Shown piece after piece: positions 8,801 through 17,664 of a stretch of 64,000 nt of DNA. The DNA is from a virus, in the IMG/VR virus record IMGVR_UViG_3300028840_005764, positions 78,862 through 142,861 of that record. One strand, 5' to 3'. Within the stretch, counting starts at the first letter, position 1, and the number at the start of each line of letters is the position of its first letter. The notes under the pieces are model-generated. The model was not told the origin of the DNA and ran no database searches. It saw nothing but the letters and a program-made list of their open reading frames with translations. The position numbers and the translations under genes are program-made.

Positions 8801-9364
8801 TTATTGAGTTTTTGGTCTTGGATATCTTTTTATTGGCCTGGGGTATCTTTTTATTTTTGCATTAAGTTCTTTTTTCTTACCGCCATTCCATAATTTGTTT
8901 TGACAAATATATCCTATAGTAGACAAATGCACTCCATATATTGATGCAATGTATTTTAATGTATTACCATGTGTACGTAGTGTCTTAATCTCTTCAACGT
9001 CTTGTTCAGATAATTTAGCACTTGGATTTTTAGAACCCACTAATGAACGTTGATCAAGTATCATGTCATTCATATTATCTTGATGTGTGCCGATGATTAA
9101 ATGTTTTGGGTTACAGCACAATGTATTATTGCATGTGTGTCGCACACACATACCACTTGGGATTGGTCCATTGACATCTTCATACACAAGTCTGTGGGCC
9201 CTATACCATTTGCGATGTTTTTTTGAATAGTATACTTTGAACTCACCATAGTAGTTGTTAGTGCGACCCGATCTGGACTTCGCACCAGTCCATAACCAAC
9301 ATTCGTTAGGACCGCGCTGTTCTATCTTCTCCCATATGCGTTTGTGTATCTCTTTGTCGATCAT
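8801..9364 (-). CDS. HNH endonuclease with C-terminal HTH
   Basis: CWLWTG, AHRL, VRHTCNNTLCCNPKHL..GT..DN. Confidence 0.9.
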   Translation of the reverse strand: MIDKEIHKRIWEKIEQRGPNECWLWTGAKSRSGRTNNYYGEFKVYYSKKHRKWYRAHRLVYEDVNGPIPSGMCVRHTCNNTLCCNPKHLIIGTHQDNMNDMILDQRSLVGSKNPSAKLSEQDVEEIKTLRTHGNTLKYIASIYGVHLSTIGYICQNKLWNGGKKKELNAKIKRYPRPIKRYPRPKTQ

Positions 9365-9461
9365 TGTTGACTCTTTCTACTTGTTGGTATCAATCTAATA
9401 TACCACTAAAGTAAAAAGAATTCTTATACTTATGGGAGTTGAACTTCCGAGTCGAACCCGT

Positions 9462-9535
9462 TGCCACGGGAGGGATTCGAACCCTCACTTATGCGATTTT
9501 AAGTCGCATGCCTCTACCAGTTGGGCTACTGTGGC
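9462..9535 (-). tRNA. tRNA-Leu(TAA), short variable loop
   Basis: TGCGA-CTTAAAA-TCGCA. Confidence 0.85.
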
Positions 9536-9540
9536 GTGAA

Positions 9541-9674
9541 TCGGGAGAGGTGGAATCGAACCACCGACCTGGGAGCTCCATATGCTGAAGTGGCGTCTTA
9601 GTTCCATGTGTGAGGCACGAGCGTTAGTTTAGACGTCACTTACATCCCCGCTCTACCACTGAGCTATCTCCCGA
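9541..9674 (-). ncRNA. tRNA-Pro-like RNA with ~60 nt structured insertion in the anticodon arm
   Basis: intact acceptor (C1:G72, A73), D and T arms; insertion hairpin AAGTGACGTCT/AGACGCCACTT. Confidence 0.75.
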
Positions 9675-9676
9675 AA

Positions 9677-9819
9677 GGTGGACGGGCTAGGATTCGAACC
9701 TAGAAAAACTATGCTGAAACAACTTCTGAGTTCTCAATCGTATTGAGTGATGAAAGAAATTGTTGTTGCTTGCGTTGCTAGCTCTATAGGCTAGTGCCTT
9801 ACCATTTGGCTACCCGTCC
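9677..9819 (-). ncRNA. tRNA-Tyr-like RNA (ATA anticodon) with ~70 nt structured variable region
   Basis: acceptor GGACGGG/CCCGTCC, CTAGC-CTATAGA-GCTAG, T arm CTAGG-TTCGAAT-CCTAG. Confidence 0.75.
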
Positions 9820-9820
9820 A

Positions 9821-9897
9821 TGGTGGGGGCAATAGGACTCGAACCTATAGCCATCTGCTTGTAAGGCAGACACTCTGCGCAATTGAGTTATGCCCCC
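9821..9897 (-). tRNA. tRNA-Val(TAC), CCA encoded
   Basis: TCTGC-CTTACAA-GCAGA. Confidence 0.9.
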
Positions 9898-9905
9898 ATG
9901 GGTTG

Positions 9906-9978
9906 TGGACCAGGGCGGAATTGAACCGCCGACTCGAGGCTCTTCAGGCCCCAGCTCTACCTACTGAGCTACCGGTCC
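9906..9978 (-). tRNA. tRNA-Phe(GAA)
   Basis: GGGGC-CTGAAGA-GCCTC. Confidence 0.9.
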
Positions 9979-10035
9979 ACAAGATTCGTATTCAGTTTTC
10001 AAAGACTAAACATCAACGGATTGCCGAAGATGTTT

Positions 10036-10112
10036 TGGCGGGCCCAACGGGATTCGAACCCGTGTTACCGGCGTGACAGGCCAGCGTGCTAACCTGGCTA
10101 CACTATGAGCCC
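10036..10112 (-). tRNA. tRNA-Asp(GTC), CCA encoded
   Basis: CTGGC-CTGTCAC-GCCGG. Confidence 0.9.
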
Positions 10113-10562
10113 ATACCTACAGAATTCTGAGTTCCTTCCTACGAACCCATTGTTCTGTTCCATCCTTCCATCGAACCTTTACTGACTGCATCTTAGTAGT
10201 GCCTTTTCCATCTAGTACTCGACCGGTCTTACCGTTCTTACGGTGCTCTACAATAGTCGAGCCGTGAGTCAGCCAGTGATATCTTCTTTTCCCATCACTC
10301 ATGGCGTATGTCTTCTGACATCTTCTCTTCGTCTTTTTTTCTCTTCGCTCGTACCATGTGTTCGGGGATCGCTATCATCGACACACTGATCTGTGGCCCT
10401 TTCTCTCCGAACTTCCAAATCTCGTTCTGGATGATGGTATGTAGCCGTCCGATCTCTTTCGGCGTAAACCATTCACAGTCCTGAGTTTCGGCACAGAAAT
10501 GCACACGATGGTATAACGGCTCGTCTCTTTTTATGTTTTTCCCAATACCCACCACATCTCCT

Positions 10563-10590
10563 TTCAGAAGTACGGCGGGGTACTTCTGAA
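10563..10590. terminator. hairpin, probable terminator of the 10595-11461 gene
   Basis: TTCAGAAGTAC/GTACTTCTGAA inverted repeat. Confidence 0.5.
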
Positions 10591-10594
10591 ATTT

Positions 10595-11461
10595 TCAATC
10601 CACCCAGGCCACACCTTCCATGCGGCCCTCGTTGGACTCGGTATTGCGAATCACCTTGCGCCAGCTCTTGAACGACACCGTCTTGTGCTCCGGGTGCCGC
10701 ACCTTCCCGCGCACGAAGATCTCCCGCCCCCTGATCGAGTAGCCATGCTCGAGGCGCACTCCATCAGCGACGATCAGCTCTTCTGCCACGTGCTGGTTCC
10801 CACCACCTCCACGTCTTCCTCGCCTGGCTGCGGCGATGTCGACTTTCCTTTGCACCAGGCCTTTGCCTACCGCTTCGTCGATATTGGCCTGCTCGTTGGC
10901 GTCCACGTTGAGGAAGAACCATTCTCCCTGGCGGATGGTACGCCCCATCTGCTTGCCTTCGTACAGCCACACGGTCGGAGCCTTGAGTCTGTCGTGGGCC
11001 CGCTGGACCGTTGGTGCCGCTTCTGGCAGCTGGGCGATGAACAATTGTCTTTCGTCCACACCCAACAGAAAGTGGCGTTTGTTGCTCGATGTGCGCCGAC
11101 GGACAACCACACGCCCCTTCTTCAGACGGCGCACGATGTCTCGCTGTGGCACTTCACGCGCGACGTACTGGCCCACCTCCTCGGTGAATTCCCGGGCCTT
11201 TTCGTGGACCATCAACACCAGTTGACTGAGTTTTTTGTCGGTGTTGATCACCTGGATGTTCACCTCTTCGCCAGGCCAGATCCTGAAGTATTCGCTGCGC
11301 CAGTTGCCCTTGATCTTGCGCTGGATGTCCATGCCGAACACAGCGCGGTTGACACCTCGGCCACCGACAGGATTGTCTGTGATTTCCAACTTGAGACCGG
11401 CCTTCGCGAATTGCGAGACCAGCGACTCGCACATGATTCTGAACTGACCCTTCATCAACAT
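10595..11461 (-). CDS. hypothetical phage protein (RQGEWFF motif)
   Basis: 288 aa, RBS AAGGA, GC-type codon usage. Confidence 0.7.
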   Translation of the reverse strand: MLMKGQFRIMCESLVSQFAKAGLKLEITDNPVGGRGVNRAVFGMDIQRKIKGNWRSEYFRIWPGEEVNIQVINTDKKLSQLVLMVHEKAREFTEEVGQYVAREVPQRDIVRRLKKGRVVVRRRTSSNKRHFLLGVDERQLFIAQLPEAAPTVQRAHDRLKAPTVWLYEGKQMGRTIRQGEWFFLNVDANEQANIDEAVGKGLVQRKVDIAAARRGRRGGGGNQHVAEELIVADGVRLEHGYSIRGREIFVRGKVRHPEHKTVSFKSWRKVIRNTESNEGRMEGVAWVD

Positions 11462-11476
11462 CTTGTGTCCTTTTGA

Positions 11477-11548
11477 CGAGCGGCTAAGGAATCGAACCCT
11501 ACAGACGGTCGGGTTTGGAGCCCAACCCGCTTACCCAGAGCGCCGCCC
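11477..11548 (-). tRNA. tRNA-Trp(CCA), atypical reduced D arm
   Basis: TTGGG-CTCCAAA-CCCGA; GTTCGATTC. Confidence 0.7.
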
Positions 11549-11550
11549 AA

Positions 11551-11626
11551 TGGCTCCAGGGGTGGGGCTCGAACCCACGGCCAGCGACTTAACAGGCCGC
11601 CGCTCTACCAGCTGAGCTACCCTGGA
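11551..11626 (-). tRNA. tRNA-Asn(GTT), CCA encoded
   Basis: GCGGC-CTGTTAA-GTCGC. Confidence 0.9.
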
Positions 11627-11989
11627 ACAGGCGCAGCTCTTACCAATTGAACGGGCTACTAAGTCGATCTGACCCGGACAATAAGTCCGAATATGGCAGA
11701 GAAAAGGAGGTTGTGGTTTGGACCATGAACGTGACGCTGGTTGTAGTTTTCATGGCATCCTCCTGTGGGATCATTCGATCCTATCACCCACCATCGGCAA
11801 AGCACAACTCAAAATATAATTATTTTCTAATTATTTTTGGCGATGGGGTTGGGGATAATGATTGTTGATTGGACTCTTCTTCAAGTTCTTGAGTACATTG
11901 CTCACAAACAACTATATGCATACCATCATAAGGCATGAATTTATATGGAGGATTTCCGCATAATTCGCACGGCACTGCGCATTCAACAT

Positions 11990-12496
11990 TTATTTTGTCT
12001 GTTGCCATGGTTTCCCCTCATCAAGAACATGTTGTTGTATTTCCTTGAACGTGACTTGTGGTTTTTCACCGGATTTAAACATAGTAGATGTCGGAGTTGG
12101 TTTTGTTATAGTAACTAGTTTTTTATCATGTGATGATTCTTCAGCTACGCATTGGCTATCCTGGCATTCGTGCATTACGGGACAGTCGCTATCCGATTGA
12201 CATTCTCCCATGAATGCTCTGATTGCATCAGGTTCATCAGCTGCTGACACCGGCATCATAGGTGCCGCTGTATTCATTTGAAGTTTTATTTCATACATTA
12301 GATCTTTTAGTTCATCATGTTTTTCATTTAGTTTAGATATTTCTTGTGTTGAATAATTAAATAAACTATGAAGCATTAATTCATTTTTACTGTCACTTTT
12401 GATTGCAGCTATTAATGCAGCTATTGCTGTAATCAATGCTGGTATAGATACTAGAATATTTTTTGAGCCGCTGACTTTTTTCTCCTTATCAGACAT
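11990..12496 (-). CDS. membrane-anchored protein with a short Cys-rich module
   Basis: N-terminal TM helix; CQSDSDCPVMHECQDSQC. Confidence 0.6.
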   Translation of the reverse strand: MSDKEKKVSGSKNILVSIPALITAIAALIAAIKSDSKNELMLHSLFNYSTQEISKLNEKHDELKDLMYEIKLQMNTAAPMMPVSAADEPDAIRAFMGECQSDSDCPVMHECQDSQCVAEESSHDKKLVTITKPTPTSTMFKSGEKPQVTFKEIQQHVLDEGKPWQQTK

Positions 12497-12561
12497 ATCA
12501 TCCCTCCTTGTGCTGATTTAATCGTTATAGTATCACAATAAGTAATCAGTACCAGGAGTAA

Positions 12562-12634
12562 CGCGTCCGGCAGGATTCGAACCCGCGTAGTTCTGATTAG
12601 AAGTCAGATGCCTGATCCCCTAGGCTACGGACGC
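12562..12634 (-). tRNA. tRNA-Arg(TCT)
   Basis: TCTGA-CTTCTAA-TCAGA. Confidence 0.9.
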
Positions 12635-12714
12635 GAAAGAAGTGGTGATAGCCGCCCACATCACTATCACCCGCACAAGCCCCAACCGAACCAAATGCTT
12701 GCACATCCCTGTAA

Positions 12715-12788
12715 CACGCCCGGCAGGATTCGAACCTGCGACCTCCTGGCCCGCAACCAGGCACGCTATCCAACTGCGCTACGAGCGC
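12715..12788 (-). tRNA. tRNA-Arg(GCG)
   Basis: CCTGG-TTGCGGG-CCAGG. Confidence 0.88.
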
Positions 12789-12980
12789 TCGTCTTCGTCG
12801 ATGAAGACTGTATTTTTTGGAAGTTTTTTTAGACTGAATGGTAACTCTTGATGATAATCCTCTGGTGGGAAAATACCCACAGGTATAAGAGTTTGTGTTG
12901 TAGCTGTCATCACTTCGTGGTCACCATACCCATCTTCGATGAGTTCAGTGATTCTTTGGTGTAGTTCCGATAGTGTCATT

Positions 12981-13964
12981 TTACGCACCTGCTGAGCACA
13001 GAGACACATAAGGGTAGCCTTGCCGTTCCTTATACAGAATTTGCCCAGCCAGTTGTTGGTTGGCTACAGTCGCCACACTCATCTTGGGCAGTCTGCTGTC
13101 GGCTGCACCTTCTGACAGCAGCGGCTGTTGTGTCACGTGTTCGATCGTTTTTTCGCTCAGCAGTTTGACCTGCGCATTGGCGTTTTTCAGTGCGCGGTGA
13201 ATACCAGCCAGCGATTTGACCTCCACGCTCATGGGCACAAAGAATTTTGACGCTTGCCTGTGCCGCTTTTGATACTGAATTGCGAGTGAGCCGTAGCAGA
13301 CTCTTATCAGTGGTTCCCACACACGTTCCCAGAACGCCATGTTTGGAGCGCGTTCGACACCAACCACGTTTTCTCCCAGCAAGATGATGGCACCAATTTG
13401 TTTTGGCACCAACTCAAACTCAGCTACGAACTCATCCAGCTGCTTTTCAAAGTGCTTCAAGAAGTAAGTGAGGTGGCCACCAGTATGTGGCACTCCACTT
13501 TCTTTGTTCAGACTTCTGATGTGCGGCCAGATCTTGTCATAACCTTGTCTGTGTCTCATACTGAGAGCATGAGATCGTATTGATGCTGGCAATACCAACA
13601 TGGTGATCGCTTTCTGGTCTCTGATGTAACCACCTTGGCTGTCCTCGATGCACATGGCTGTCTCGATGGACTTGCGGCCGTTTGCTTTGACCAAAAACGC
13701 GCTTGGCACAGCGTGGTCTTGTGCACGTTCTCTTGTCACCCAACCAGCACCTGTCGGTACGATGCTTGGTCGTGTGCTGTCTGTATTGCGCACTTGAACC
13801 GTACCATAGTTCGATGTTTCCACATGGAAGTCTGGTGGTGCGAAGTCGTCATCTTGCGCGTCGCCCTCGTCGATGAGCGGGATGACAGACATGTGGCCCA
13901 CGGTTTGGGTTCTGCCACGTCCCATTCCTCTGAGGATTTCTTCGACTGTGAGGTTGCGTGTCAT
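12981..13964 (-). CDS. ARPP-2-like domain protein
   Basis: resembles ARPP family (AQDHA, FELVPKQIG, GVERAP motifs) from memory; coupled to vWA gene by ATGA overlap. Confidence 0.55.
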   Translation of the reverse strand: MTRNLTVEEILRGMGRGRTQTVGHMSVIPLIDEGDAQDDDFAPPDFHVETSNYGTVQVRNTDSTRPSIVPTGAGWVTRERAQDHAVPSAFLVKANGRKSIETAMCIEDSQGGYIRDQKAITMLVLPASIRSHALSMRHRQGYDKIWPHIRSLNKESGVPHTGGHLTYFLKHFEKQLDEFVAEFELVPKQIGAIILLGENVVGVERAPNMAFWERVWEPLIRVCYGSLAIQYQKRHRQASKFFVPMSVEVKSLAGIHRALKNANAQVKLLSEKTIEHVTQQPLLSEGAADSRLPKMSVATVANQQLAGQILYKERQGYPYVSLCSAGA

Positions 13965-15574
13965 GACAGTGCCTTTCTCGTCTCAACTGACCCCAGGGCC
14001 AGACGTAGTAGGGCGTTGATTCCATTCACTGGCTCTGCCTCGATCATCCCTCGGATGAAGGTGGCTGTGAGCTGCCCAGGTTGCTGCACTGGCATTGTTG
14101 GTACACCGTCGTTGGGCGCCAGCTCACGTGCACCTTTCGACTCGGCAGCGAACACCGGGTTTAAATGATACACAGGCGTATCAATACCGATCTCCCGCAC
14201 GTGGTGCATGACCTCAGCGAAGCGCCCGGCTGGTGCATTCTCGTATCCGTCGCTGATCACGAACACAGCCTCGGGTTCGTCGTTCAGCGCCTCCACCAAG
14301 CTGTCAGCAATGGCTGTGTCACCCATCGGACGGACGAGACCATCGCCAGCTTCGATGTCTGTACCACTGACATGGTACTCCTGACTCTCATCACCGGTGT
14401 GCAACAGGGTGTCGCGCATGGCCAAGGCCACCGCCAGGGGTCGCAGTGGTTGGCTGCGGTGACCAGCCATCGATTGTGACGCGTCCACGATGACGGCCAC
14501 CGATTTGTAGCGCGTTGGGAACATCGCTGCGGTCTCCTTCGCCTTCTCGTCCAAGGCGTTCGCAATCTCTTGCGTCAGCCCACACTCGAACGCGTAGAGG
14601 TATAGGCGCACAGCGTCGTACTTCGTCGGGTCCATGTCGACTTCGACGTTTGCGCGCTTTGCTCTTTTCTGTACTGCCATCTTCTGGTGGCCGGTGAGCT
14701 TGCCGCCCTTGGCCACAAGTTTCAGCACATCCTCCTTCTTCGTGTCGGGGTGGTATGTGCTTCTCAGGCCCTCCAGGACCTCCAGAGGAAGTTTAGAGCC
14801 AGCCTTGATATCTTCCTTCGCTTTTTCAAACGAAACGAAGAGAGGCAGGCTCAGGCGTTCACGCACGTCCAGGATGAAGCCCACGCACTCGAGCACTTCC
14901 TTGTATCTGTTCAGCTGGCAGTGCTTCCGGATGTTCTGCTCGAGAATCGTTAGCTCCTTCTTCTTTCGGTAACGCCCACCCTTCTTCAGGATCGATCCGA
15001 TGATTGATGTTAGCCGTAGGCCCCAGGCGTGGGTCAGTGCCGCCCGCATTTTTGTCCTGTACTTCACCGACCAGAGTTGCAGTCTCGGGCTCGAGAGCAG
15101 CGTGCGCAGGATCAGTTTTCTTGTCCTGGCGTTGTTCGCCTTCTTCAGACCCAGGGATGCATCACCCACCCGCAGTCCATCGATCAGCTTCAACATGCGC
15201 TGTGGTGGCAGAGCTTGGAACAGGTGGTACAGCACCATGCGTTCTTGTCCCGGCTCGAGGAACGCTTGTTCCACGCCGTTCCGGGGGAATGACAGCAGCT
15301 TCTTCATACCGATCTGCACGCTGCGGTCGGTCAACCCTGGCAGCGTCAACAGCACGGCGTATACGTCCCTCTCCAGGCCAAAGAGTTCGTCGTGCACACG
15401 CAGTTCGGCAGCCTGTTGTTCGGCGCGCGTGTTGTAGTGCGTCGCGCGCCCCATGGAGCTGACAGCTGTGTCCAGGAATGAGCAGACGGATTTGCTCATC
15501 TTCTTCACAGCAGTCTTGTTCCGTGGCATCCACAGCAGCTGTTCATTCGAGTGCGTTTGCACCAACGTATTCAT
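13961..15574 (-). CDS. divergent TROVE/Ro60-like protein: basic helical N-terminus plus C-terminal vWA domain
   Basis: MIDAS DASQSM, GDTAIA, ISDGYEN; 537 aa, similar in size to Ro60/Rsr. Confidence 0.65.
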   Translation of the reverse strand: MNTLVQTHSNEQLLWMPRNKTAVKKMSKSVCSFLDTAVSSMGRATHYNTRAEQQAAELRVHDELFGLERDVYAVLLTLPGLTDRSVQIGMKKLLSFPRNGVEQAFLEPGQERMVLYHLFQALPPQRMLKLIDGLRVGDASLGLKKANNARTRKLILRTLLSSPRLQLWSVKYRTKMRAALTHAWGLRLTSIIGSILKKGGRYRKKKELTILEQNIRKHCQLNRYKEVLECVGFILDVRERLSLPLFVSFEKAKEDIKAGSKLPLEVLEGLRSTYHPDTKKEDVLKLVAKGGKLTGHQKMAVQKRAKRANVEVDMDPTKYDAVRLYLYAFECGLTQEIANALDEKAKETAAMFPTRYKSVAVIVDASQSMAGHRSQPLRPLAVALAMRDTLLHTGDESQEYHVSGTDIEAGDGLVRPMGDTAIADSLVEALNDEPEAVFVISDGYENAPAGRFAEVMHHVREIGIDTPVYHLNPVFAAESKGARELAPNDGVPTMPVQQPGQLTATFIRGMIEAEPVNGINALLRLALGSVETRKALS

Positions 15575-15632
15575 AGCATCACCTCTCCCGTGGAGTTCTC
15601 CATCAAATTGTTTGTGGAGGAAAGGAAAGATC

Positions 15633-15702
15633 TAGCGGTAATTACGGAAGCTGGGTCTTTGACATAAACTATTTGTCTGAACCAGCATCACAGTTCCCGC
15701 TA
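15633..15702 (-). ncRNA. small Y-RNA-like hairpin RNA (RNA-C)
   Basis: TAGCGG/CCGCTA closing stem, GAACT internal loop, GTGATG motif. Confidence 0.55.
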
Positions 15703-15710
15703 AAAGAAAT

Positions 15711-15832
15711 GGTTGAGTCAATTAGAGCATCACGTTTTCTAAGTGACTGGACTTGAACCAGCTACCTACGGTTTTCAGGACCGTTGCTCTTTCCAACTGA
15801 GCTACACTAAAGTGACCCTCAAGTTCTCAACC
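15711..15832 (-). ncRNA. tRNA-cloverleaf RNA on an extended interrupted stem (RNA-B)
   Basis: GGTTGAG/CTCAACC ends; D, anticodon (TGA) and T arms inside. Confidence 0.75.
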
Positions 15833-15848
15833 AAAACAAGGCGTTTAA

Positions 15849-15972
15849 AGCGAGGGAAGTAGGACATCACGATTGAGTGAAAGAGAAGGATTTGAACCTT
15901 CAACCTTCGGCTCTGCATGCCGATGCTCGACCACTCGAGCTGTCTTCCTAAAGTGACCTCCAAGTTCTCGCT
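15849..15972 (-). ncRNA. tRNA-cloverleaf RNA on an extended interrupted stem (RNA-A)
   Basis: AGCGAG/CTCGCT ends; D, anticodon (GCA) and T arms inside; flanks match RNA-B. Confidence 0.75.
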
Positions 15973-16058
15973 AAAAAATATATACCACAGGTGCTCGAAC
16001 TTTTCGCAAGTTTTTTTCTTATTTTTTCACTTTTTCTTCCATAATATATTGGGTGGAA

Positions 16059-16132
16059 TGCCCCCGGTGGGATTTGAACCCAACGTTGCCGGATTGAAAG
16101 CCCGGTGTCCTACCCGTTTGAACGACGGGGGC
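16059..16132 (-). tRNA. tRNA-Glu(TTC)
   Basis: CCGGG-CTTTCAA-TCCGG. Confidence 0.9.
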
Positions 16133-16138
16133 GAAGGA

Positions 16139-16861
16139 TTATTCTGCAATTGCGTCGTTGATCGCTGCATATATTTCATCTTTTGCTCTTGCTATTTTAT
16201 AGTATGGAACATGGAAAAATTCAGCTAGATGATTATTACGTATCACAAATTCAAATGGCAAATTGGATATGAGGCCTACGTGGCGTTCACGCATTTTTTG
16301 AATACGATCGTTTTTAATTTTATTCACCAGCTCTTCTGGTGGTGTGAGTAGTGAATGTAGGACACGCCGTGCAAAAGGTTTTAATCTTTTTTCTGTGTGT
16401 TCTAATATTTCTTTGTATCTATAATCCCATTTTGCTTGGCATGAATATGGATATGATTTGATTTTATCGACTGAGATATCTTGGTTTTTCATTACCTCAA
16501 TTTTTACATGTTGTTTTGGATCTTTAGGTGTGTATTTAGAATCTTTTCTAAATGCTGTCACAGCAGTATTTAAGAAGTTTTTGCGTGCTATATACATACA
16601 CCAAGTTTTGATTGATGCGCGTGTCTCATCATATTTGTCTAGATTCTTAAACATTTTTAAATATGCTTCTTGAACAAGATCTTCTTTATCTATAAATGAC
16701 GGTATAGATACTTTCCCAGCTTCACGCATAAGGAATGGCCGCAACTCTTGAATAGTTTTGAGGAATAGCTGTTTTCTTTCGTCAGTGACTGTGAATTTTT
16801 TCTGGCGTGGATAGAGTTTCGGGCGTGGGCGGAGCTTCGGGCGTGGTTTTCTGACAATCAC
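16139..16861 (-). CDS. phage sigma-70-family sigma factor
   Basis: region 2 motif EDLVQEAYLKMFKNLDKYD..RASIKTW. Confidence 0.8.
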   Translation of the reverse strand: MIVRKPRPKLRPRPKLYPRQKKFTVTDERKQLFLKTIQELRPFLMREAGKVSIPSFIDKEDLVQEAYLKMFKNLDKYDETRASIKTWCMYIARKNFLNTAVTAFRKDSKYTPKDPKQHVKIEVMKNQDISVDKIKSYPYSCQAKWDYRYKEILEHTEKRLKPFARRVLHSLLTPPEELVNKIKNDRIQKMRERHVGLISNLPFEFVIRNNHLAEFFHVPYYKIARAKDEIYAAINDAIAE

Positions 16862-16995
16862 TGTACCCTCCGATTTTTTATCAGCGTATAGGACTATCGG
16901 TGGTGTGACTGATACGCAATAGAAAAATACAGATGATTGTCTTGAAACGTTAGGAATTACTTTAAGATTGGAACGTACTATTGGAGAACTTTTGT

Positions 16996-17607
16996 TTAAA
17001 TTATCAAGTCAATAAGGTTATCAATATCATGACATTCTGGTTGGCTTTGGACTGCCTGTTGAGCTTTTTTGGTGGCTGCTTTCTTACCCATTCCACTTTC
17101 GCACAGGACCTCAACGATCTGCTCGACACGATAGTCCTCGAACTCATTGTTTTCATTGGCTTCATTGGTTTGTTCGAGAGACTGAGCCATGAGATCTCTC
17201 ATCAGCATACGCTTGCGCCCGGTTGGTGGTGGTGCGTTGTTTGATTCGTCTTCTGTGGCTTCTTCGACGCATTGAGCCAAGTTGTAGAACCCACGGTCTG
17301 CTGTCCACTTGATCTTCTGAACCACACCCACAGCATTGCTGTTGATGGTGATGCGCGCATTGACCTCGGCATACACCATCTCCTCTTCCTCCTCGACTTG
17401 GTACCAGCCGTTGTGTGCGTACAGGATTGGGACTACGGTGCGCACCTTCCACAATGTTGGGTCCATCTCGATGCTGTAGACGTGGGTGTCGGTGTCGTGT
17501 GCTGCTAGTGCCACGCCCAGTGCTTGGGTCAACCATTGGGGCAACCAGATCTCTTTGAGATATGCACGCTTTTGTTTTCTGTTGGCGTCATGTCCTTGGA
17601 CTAGCAT
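16996..17607 (-). CDS. hypothetical protein
   Basis: AGGAGG RBS, 203 aa. Confidence 0.6.
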   Translation of the reverse strand: MLVQGHDANRKQKRAYLKEIWLPQWLTQALGVALAAHDTDTHVYSIEMDPTLWKVRTVVPILYAHNGWYQVEEEEEMVYAEVNARITINSNAVGVVQKIKWTADRGFYNLAQCVEEATEDESNNAPPPTGRKRMLMRDLMAQSLEQTNEANENNEFEDYRVEQIVEVLCESGMGKKAATKKAQQAVQSQPECHDIDNLIDLII

Positions 17608-17664
17608 GATATCCTCCTGTGAATACCTTTATTCTACAGCAAAAGTTTTGCTATTTTTCTATAA

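Noticed and set aside
9541-9819. Group I or BHB introns
   Set aside because: The inserts are far too short for group I, and I could not identify a clear bulge-helix-bulge.
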